Shown piece after piece: positions 7,427-11,816 of a stretch of 11,816 nt of DNA (position 1 is its first letter; each line of letters begins with the position of its first letter). The DNA is from Candidatus Wukongarchaeum yapensis (GTDB lineage Archaea; Asgardarchaeota; Wukongarchaeia; Wukongarchaeales; Wukongarchaeaceae). The stretch spans positions 1 through 11,816 of the forward strand of contig JAEOSI010000048.1 in the NCBI GenBank assembly GCA_016840425.1, given 5' to 3'. A program made the translations under genes and the position numbers. The notes beneath the pieces are model-generated. The model worked only from the letters and a program-made list of their open reading frames with translations. It ran no database searches and had not been told where the DNA came from.

Positions 7427-8629
7427 TTATGGTTTTTTAACTAGGTTTTTTATGGTTTCTTTTATAGTTTCTATGCTTGCGTTTGTACGGAGTGCTGTAG
7501 GTTTGAAATGGGTTCTCGAAGCTTGGTAATTTTGGTTTTTGAGTTCTGTGATTATTGTTTTTATCGGGGGGGCTTCGGTTTTTGTTTTTTCGCAGACTTT
7601 GTGGATATCGTAATAGAGAGGGAGGGGGGAAAGGGGTGTTTGGCTTTCTTCTAAGATGGTTTCAAGCATTTTGATAAGTTTCTGTTTGGTCTTGGTTTTA
7701 CTAGTTTTTGTTTCTTTTAAGACTTTATCACAAAAGTCATGATTATATAAGGATCCTCCCCAAAGGGGGCCGCTATAATTAATTTTATTAGAGCAAAGGG
7801 GGCAAAGCTTATTCTCAAAAGCTTTGGTGTTCATAAGTTCTATCAGTTTTCTATAACCGCAGTTATTACAATGGATGATATAACTTGAAGACAAAGATCG
7901 TTTAATAAGCTCTTTACTTCGACCTACTTCTAGATAAAGTCGTATGTAATGGTTTGTACTATGAACTATTATCGGCTTGATGTAAAGTTCGTGGATTGCT
8001 GCTGTCCTCGCTATGCTTCCTATGAGGATTCTTACGGCGATTTCGTGGCAATATTCTGTGTTTAAGGGTTTTGCTTCATATTTACGCTTGCAGGCTTCAA
8101 CCTTCCTTCCACAAAGAACTCCCATATCTGTTGCGGTTACGCATAAAAGTCCCCCTGATCTTAAAGCTCTTAAAGCAGAGTTCAAATAGGGAGCAGGAGA
8201 ACCAAAGGGGTCGATATCAACGATGTCAAAAGAAGGGGAGCTTAGAAGAAGGTTTGCGTCCATATGTCTTACCAATACTTTATAACCTAGCTGATTAAGA
8301 GAAACGTTGAGTTTTATAAAGGCTACAGCTGAAGAGTTTAAATCGTTTAAAACAACGCGCCAAATGCCGTTTACTTCTTTTGCTATTCTTACGCCTCGGG
8401 CACCAGTAGCTGCTAGAGCGTCACAAAAAGATAAAGGGCATTCTCTTTCACGCTGGTAGACTTGGACTACTATAATTGAAAGGTCACGACTAAGCTCCAT
8501 AAGGGGATTATAAAAAATGGGAGTTTTTGGGAGCGTGGGTTGACCTTTTTCTCCTCGTCTTAGCTCCTTCTCAGGAACGAGTAAGGTCGTGGTTCCTTCA
8601 ACAACTTCCGATATCTTTCTTTTAAACAA
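7427..8629 (-). CDS. trm1: tRNA (guanine26-N2)-dimethyltransferase
   Basis: FYNP, SRDLS, DALAATGARGVR, DIDPFGSP, YCHEIAVRILIG, Zn finger CNNC...CPLC, RTHF. ORF track start 8668; TTG 8629 has SD GGGGA (8636-8640). Confidence 0.96.
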   Translation of the reverse strand: MFKRKISEVVEGTTTLLVPEKELRRGEKGQPTLPKTPIFYNPLMELSRDLSIIVVQVYQRERECPLSFCDALAATGARGVRIAKEVNGIWRVVLNDLNSSAVAFIKLNVSLNQLGYKVLVRHMDANLLLSSPSFDIVDIDPFGSPAPYLNSALRALRSGGLLCVTATDMGVLCGRKVEACKRKYEAKPLNTEYCHEIAVRILIGSIARTAAIHELYIKPIIVHSTNHYIRLYLEVGRSKELIKRSLSSSYIIHCNNCGYRKLIELMNTKAFENKLCPLCSNKINYSGPLWGGSLYNHDFCDKVLKETKTSKTKTKQKLIKMLETILEESQTPLSPLPLYYDIHKVCEKTKTEAPPIKTIITELKNQNYQASRTHFKPTALRTNASIETIKETIKNLVKKP

Positions 8630-8784
8630 TACTAATCCCCTTTTTCCTAAAAAAGTGTTAAAAAACAATACTAAATAAGAGACAGATTAATGATCTTTTA
8701 GCGATTTATTGCGTAAAAGTGATTAACCGGGGGGGGGTTCGTTTACTAGAAATTAAATACTATGAATAGATCGAATTTTTCTAC

Positions 8785-9387
8785 TTATCTGAAACCTTTC
8801 GCAATAATGTAAATTTCTGCGCTTTTTTTCCTAGAAGCCTTGGGCTTCAATCTTTTAACGAAGCTGAATCTTCTTTTAATTTTTGTTATATATTCCCCTA
8901 AAAGATCCCCTTGAAACACTTTAACAACGAAGTTCCCCCCTAGTTTTAAAATCTTTTTAGCGATTTTTAAAGAGGTCTCGGCTAGAAATATCTGTCTCGC
9001 GTGGTCTAAACTCCATTCACCCGAAACCGAAGGAGAACAATCAGAAAGAACCACATCCACCTTTTCATCCTTTAAAACTTCTTCAATGGTTTTTAAAATC
9101 ACATCAAAAGCGGTTATATCTCCGCAAACATTGGTCACTTTTTCGATAGGTTTAATATTAATCTTGTCAACTGCAATCACTCTACCTTTTTCTCCTACCT
9201 TTTTACTAGCGTATTGGGACCAGCCGCCAGGGGCAGCGCAAAGATCAACAACTGCATCTCCTTTACGGATCAACTTAAACTTAGAATCGATCTGGGCTAA
9301 CTTGTAAGCTGCGCGACTTCTATAACCTTCAACTTTTGCCCGCTTCCTATACTCATCCCGCCTCCGACGATCCTTCCATTGGCTCAA
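8785..9387 (-). CDS. rlmE: 23S rRNA Um2552 2'-O-methyltransferase (RlmE/FtsJ/RrmJ)
   Basis: YRSRAAYKL, VDLCAAPGGWSQ, and K-D-K-E tetrad (YKL / VLSD / VVKVF / SAEIY). ORF track start 9414; TTG 9387 has SD GGGTG (9395-9399). Confidence 0.96.
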   Translation of the reverse strand: MSQWKDRRRRDEYRKRAKVEGYRSRAAYKLAQIDSKFKLIRKGDAVVDLCAAPGGWSQYASKKVGEKGRVIAVDKINIKPIEKVTNVCGDITAFDVILKTIEEVLKDEKVDVVLSDCSPSVSGEWSLDHARQIFLAETSLKIAKKILKLGGNFVVKVFQGDLLGEYITKIKRRFSFVKRLKPKASRKKSAEIYIIAKGFR

Positions 9388-9594
9388 AAACAAACACCCA
9401 AAACGAAAAAGCATGTGAAATTTAAAATTGGTTAAAAAATTAGAAAGAAAAAGACTATTAAAAAGATGTTTTTTGACTCATAAGAAAATAAACAAAAGAA
9501 GATATAATATTAGTCTCTCAAGCATTCCGAAAAATTGCTAGGAGGTTATTATTTGTTAAATAATCTTATTTTCTTAAAAAATAAGGGGCAAAAA

Positions 9595-10014
9595 TTATAG
9601 TAATAAGTAGTCAGTTAATTTTCGGCAGTAAACCGGGCTTATTTCGTGACCTACACCACAGAGTTCCAGGTCATCACACCTAAAACATGTAACGACTTGT
9701 TTTTCCAAGATTTCTATACTGGACTTTTCTTCAGGGTTTTTTTCGCTAATTTTTTCGAAAACGTTTTGGTAAAAGAGTCGGTAGGTCCATCGTCCTTTAT
9801 AGAGTTCCTTCTTTTTAGAGATGATATTTAATCCTTCTAAACGTGTCACAATCCTAGAGGCTTCCCGGCTTGACGTTCCAAGTCTTTTCCATAGGTCAGA
9901 TTGGAGTACGCCTGTTATGTTTGATTCTAGGACCATTTTTAAAGCAGCTTTTTCAAGTTCTTTTAACTGTTCTACTGTTGACTCTTTAATTTCTTTAGTC
10001 TCGACTAACGGCAA
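9595..10014 (-). CDS. tfeB: Transcription factor E beta subunit (RPC34/C34-like winged helix plus Fe-S domain)
   Basis: Winged helix LQSDLWKRLGTSSREASRIVTRLE...GRWTYRL. C-terminal CFRCDDLELCGVGHEISPVYC has C-x2-C-x5-C-x10-C, the spacing I recall for the Sulfolobus TFE-beta [4Fe-4S] ligands. TTG start with SD GGTGG. Confidence 0.85.
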   Translation of the reverse strand: MPLVETKEIKESTVEQLKELEKAALKMVLESNITGVLQSDLWKRLGTSSREASRIVTRLEGLNIISKKKELYKGRWTYRLFYQNVFEKISEKNPEEKSSIEILEKQVVTCFRCDDLELCGVGHEISPVYCRKLTDYLLL

Positions 10015-10447
10015 TTCTAACCCACCGTGGACATTCCTTCTAGGGTAGATAAAATACTCTGGGGGAGAGTACTCTAAATTAAGTATGGTATCCGTTTTAT
10101 TTAAATTTGTTGTTTTTTTCTTTAATATATATTTCCCGTATCTAAATCATTTAAAGATCTTATAAAACTATGATTGTTTTTTTTATAAAAATTAAAAAAT
10201 AAATAATTTAAAAACAAAATAATATATTTATTAACTTATTATATCAATATTTAAATAATATTATTATATATTAAATTTTTGATTATTTGAAATTTTAACA
10301 TAACGGGGCTTCTTAACCGATAAAACCAACAATTTAAAATGGAACGATCAGTTAAGAAAAATTACGATCGCTTCTTATTTAATAATGTATATTAACGTCA
10401 TATTTTTTACATAATATGAAAACAATTTTTTGGAGTGATTAAACATC

Positions 10448-10750
10448 ATGAAGAGACTAGGGAGCGTTCTTCATAAATCTTCCCAGGGAAAACTCATAGT
10501 TAGTGCAGATTTTGCGCCAACTCTTTCCGCCCTCGTTGTTTCTTCAAATTTGGATCGGGTAGGTACAGTCTTTGACGTGTTTGGACCGATAAGTAAACCT
10601 TATGTTTCTGTAAAACCCTTTAAAGGAACAAAAAGCGAACAATTTGTAGGAAAATATCTATACCTTCTAAATAAAAAGGATAAAAAAAGAGTTAATATAA
10701 AAGAAAAGGGAAGGAAAAAGAAAGGGAAAAAAGTCAAAAAACAAAACTAA
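10448..10750 (+). CDS. gar1: H/ACA RNP subunit Gar1
   Basis: MKRLGSVLH...G.LIV, VGTVFDVFGPISKPYVSVKP, YLYL and a Lys-rich tail. SD GGAGTGA upstream. Confidence 0.93.
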   Translation: MKRLGSVLHKSSQGKLIVSADFAPTLSALVVSSNLDRVGTVFDVFGPISKPYVSVKPFKGTKSEQFVGKYLYLLNKKDKKRVNIKEKGRKKKGKKVKKQN

Positions 10751-10827
10751 TCTTTAAAAATAAAAGAGTGGACGGCGAATATTTTCAAAAAATAAGCGTT
10801 AAATAGTGAATAGAGTGGGCGAAAATA

Positions 10828-11451
10828 ATGTTTCCTTATGAAATAGAATCAGGGAAAAGTCGTTTTAGCCGTACTGAAATACTACACTTAGCTATCGCGA
10901 CCGTGTTATTTACTGCGGTAATAGCTTCTTGGTTAACTGAAGGTTTTACAAAATTGGAAATAACTGTCTTCGGATTAATTGCTTTTTTTGTTTTGACTAG
11001 TGCAGCTTTTATACTCCATGAAATAGCGCATAAATTTAAGGCCCAAAGTTATGGCTGTTGGAGTGAATTCCGTCTACATCCTCAAGGTGTTTTAATAACT
11101 TTAATAACTCTTGCTTTAGGTTTTGGAATAATAGCCCCAGGAGCTACAATGATTGCAGGATATCCAGATAAAGAAGGTATGGGTAAAATCGCGTTATCAG
11201 GCCCCTTAACAAACTTGTTTATGGCAGGATTTTTCCTCATCATTTACCCGATTTTTCCAACGATTGCATGGTTTGGCGCTTTCTTCAACGCGATACTGGC
11301 TATTTTTAACCTTCTTCCTTTCTTCGTACTTGACGGAAAAAAAGTGCTAGAATGGAATTCCTACGTTTGGAGCGCCGTTTTCTTCCTTGTATTATCACTA
11401 ATAATTTACATGGTAGTAGTACTACCAATTGGAAGCTTATCCGATTTATGA
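10828..11451 (+). CDS. M50 family intramembrane zinc metalloprotease (site-2 protease-like)
   Basis: HEIAH (residues 64-68), IALSGPLTN, FNLLPFFVLDG (NxxPxxxxDG) and multiple hydrophobic helices. Confidence 0.93.
   Translation: MFPYEIESGKSRFSRTEILHLAIATVLFTAVIASWLTEGFTKLEITVFGLIAFFVLTSAAFILHEIAHKFKAQSYGCWSEFRLHPQGVLITLITLALGFGIIAPGATMIAGYPDKEGMGKIALSGPLTNLFMAGFFLIIYPIFPTIAWFGAFFNAILAIFNLLPFFVLDGKKVLEWNSYVWSAVFFLVLSLIIYMVVVLPIGSLSDL
10967..10997 (+). repeat. Left arm of a perfect 31-bp long-range inverted repeat (inside the M50 CDS, codons 47-57)
   Basis: TCTTCGGATTAATTGCTTTTTTTGTTTTGAC, the exact reverse complement of 11536-11566. Confidence 0.95.
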
Positions 11452-11489
11452 TATGGGAACTGAAACCCTTCGTCTAAGCAACCAAAATT

Positions 11490-11582
11490 CTAGCAAGTCC
11501 GAAAATACCTTCTACTACACTTTTTTCCTGCAATCGTCAAAACAAAAAAAGCAATTAATCCGAAGAGACCTTCATCGGGCAC
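11490..11582 (-). CDS. Possible 30-aa single-pass membrane microprotein
   Basis: GTG...TAG frame MPDEGLFGLIAFFVLTIAGKKCSRRYFRTC, with AAAGGT 9 nt upstream. Below the ORF-track cutoff; translation is unproven. Confidence 0.25.
   Translation of the reverse strand: MPDEGLFGLIAFFVLTIAGKKCSRRYFRTC
11536..11566 (-). repeat. Right arm of the 31-bp inverted repeat (intergenic)
   Basis: GTCAAAACAAAAAAAGCAATTAATCCGAAGA on +. Homology extends over 11528-11535 versus 10998-11005 with 2 mismatches (37/39 overall). Confidence 0.95.
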
Positions 11583-11717
11583 TAAAAGCAAACCTTTAAA
11601 TCATAAAAATAATCACGTCTAATGGTTACAAACATAACACTCTAAGCCATAATTGAAAACTGTATAATAGCGTTCAATCAATAAAATTATAACATATTTC
11701 ATATTTTGATAGGGATT

Positions 11718-11816
11718 TTAAGCCCATTCTTTTAGCCAAGAACAGTTATGTTTTTCTAAAGTGAGATGCTCTTTACAAAATTTCCGACCGCAATAGTTAC
11801 AAAAACGGACAAGCCC
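11718..11816 (-). CDS. 3' end of a protein with a C-terminal AN1-type zinc finger (partial, runs off the window)
   Basis: ...GLVRFCNYCGRKFCKEHLTLEKHNCSWLKEWA* contains C-x2-C-x4-C-x2-H-x5-H-x-C, the second part of the zf-AN1 signature. Not in the ORF track. Confidence 0.8.
   Translation of the reverse strand, partial: GLVRFCNYCGRKFCKEHLTLEKHNCSWLKEWA

Noticed and set aside
7620-7636. G-quadruplex in trm1 (GGGAGGGGGGAAAGGGG)
   Set aside because: Only three separable G3+ runs, and it is explained by Pro/Leu/Ser codons (TPLSPLPL) on the coding strand.
162-10048. Alternative-frame ORFs from the track (162-389, 328-627, 673-876, 1794-2033, 2250-2510, 3276-3581, 3578-3784, 3929-4240, 5000-5188, 6145-6438, 6148-6411, 6284-6466, 6511-6822, 6973-7440, 8071-8298, 9086-9307, 9646-9831, 9821-10048)
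   Set aside because: Shadow frames antisense to well-supported genes, with Ser/Phe- or Arg/Lys-biased composition typical of reverse-strand translation and no motifs.
11520-11527. A_AAA_AAG -1 frameshift site in the micro-ORF joining the two EGxFGL units
   Set aside because: The -1 frame hits TAG almost immediately (AAA GTG TAG); joining the units would need +1.
10967-11566. DGR template/variable repeat pair
   Set aside because: The match is short, inverted and identical, flank mismatches are not adenine-specific, and no reverse transcriptase is in the window.
11528-11580. Box C/D or H/ACA guide RNA (gar1 is nearby; CGATGA is C-box-like on the minus strand)
   Set aside because: No properly placed CUGA or ACA boxes. 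Archaeal guides use short (about 10-12 nt) or bipartite complementarity, not 31 continuous nt.
11436-11660. Degenerate CRISPR mini-array with a self-targeting spacer (GGAACTGAAAC at 11456-11466 and ATTGAAAAC near 11652-11660 resemble repeat 3' ends; motifs ending at 11467, 11535 and 11602 are 67-68 nt apart)
   Set aside because: Aligning the 30-nt windows by eye gives only about one third identity, no palindromic repeat is shared, no cas genes are in the window, and the match flank is better explained as extended homology to the gene.
1-11816. tRNA, rRNA, SRP RNA or RNase P RNA genes
   Set aside because: No cloverleaf, T-loop GTTCGA context or extended GC-rich structured segment in any intergenic region by eye; tRNAscan-SE and Infernal would confirm.

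Overview
Archaeal DNA, AT-rich with strong GGAG/GGTGA Shine-Dalgarno sites. A TFE-beta gene with intact Fe-S cysteines suggests a TACK- or Asgard-type lineage (inference). Positions ~1-1733 look like an accessory or decayed mobile segment: short direct repeats, an AT tract and a hairpin, then overlapping HTH and ribbon-helix-helix genes and a small CxxC gene broken by a 5-bp duplication. Next come two tandem group II chaperonin (thermosome) genes, a DUF61 gene, and a minus-strand run of tfeB, rlmE, trm1, a THEP1-type NTPase and rnhB. Then gar1, an M50/site-2 protease gene and the 3' end of a convergent gene ending in an AN1 zinc finger. The most unusual signal is a perfect 31-bp inverted copy (37/39 with flank) of the protease coding sequence just before its HExxH codons, located 85 nt past the protease stop codon. 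It sits in a possible 30-codon membrane micro-ORF and beside a second, degenerate unit. No tRNA, rRNA or convincing CRISPR array was seen.
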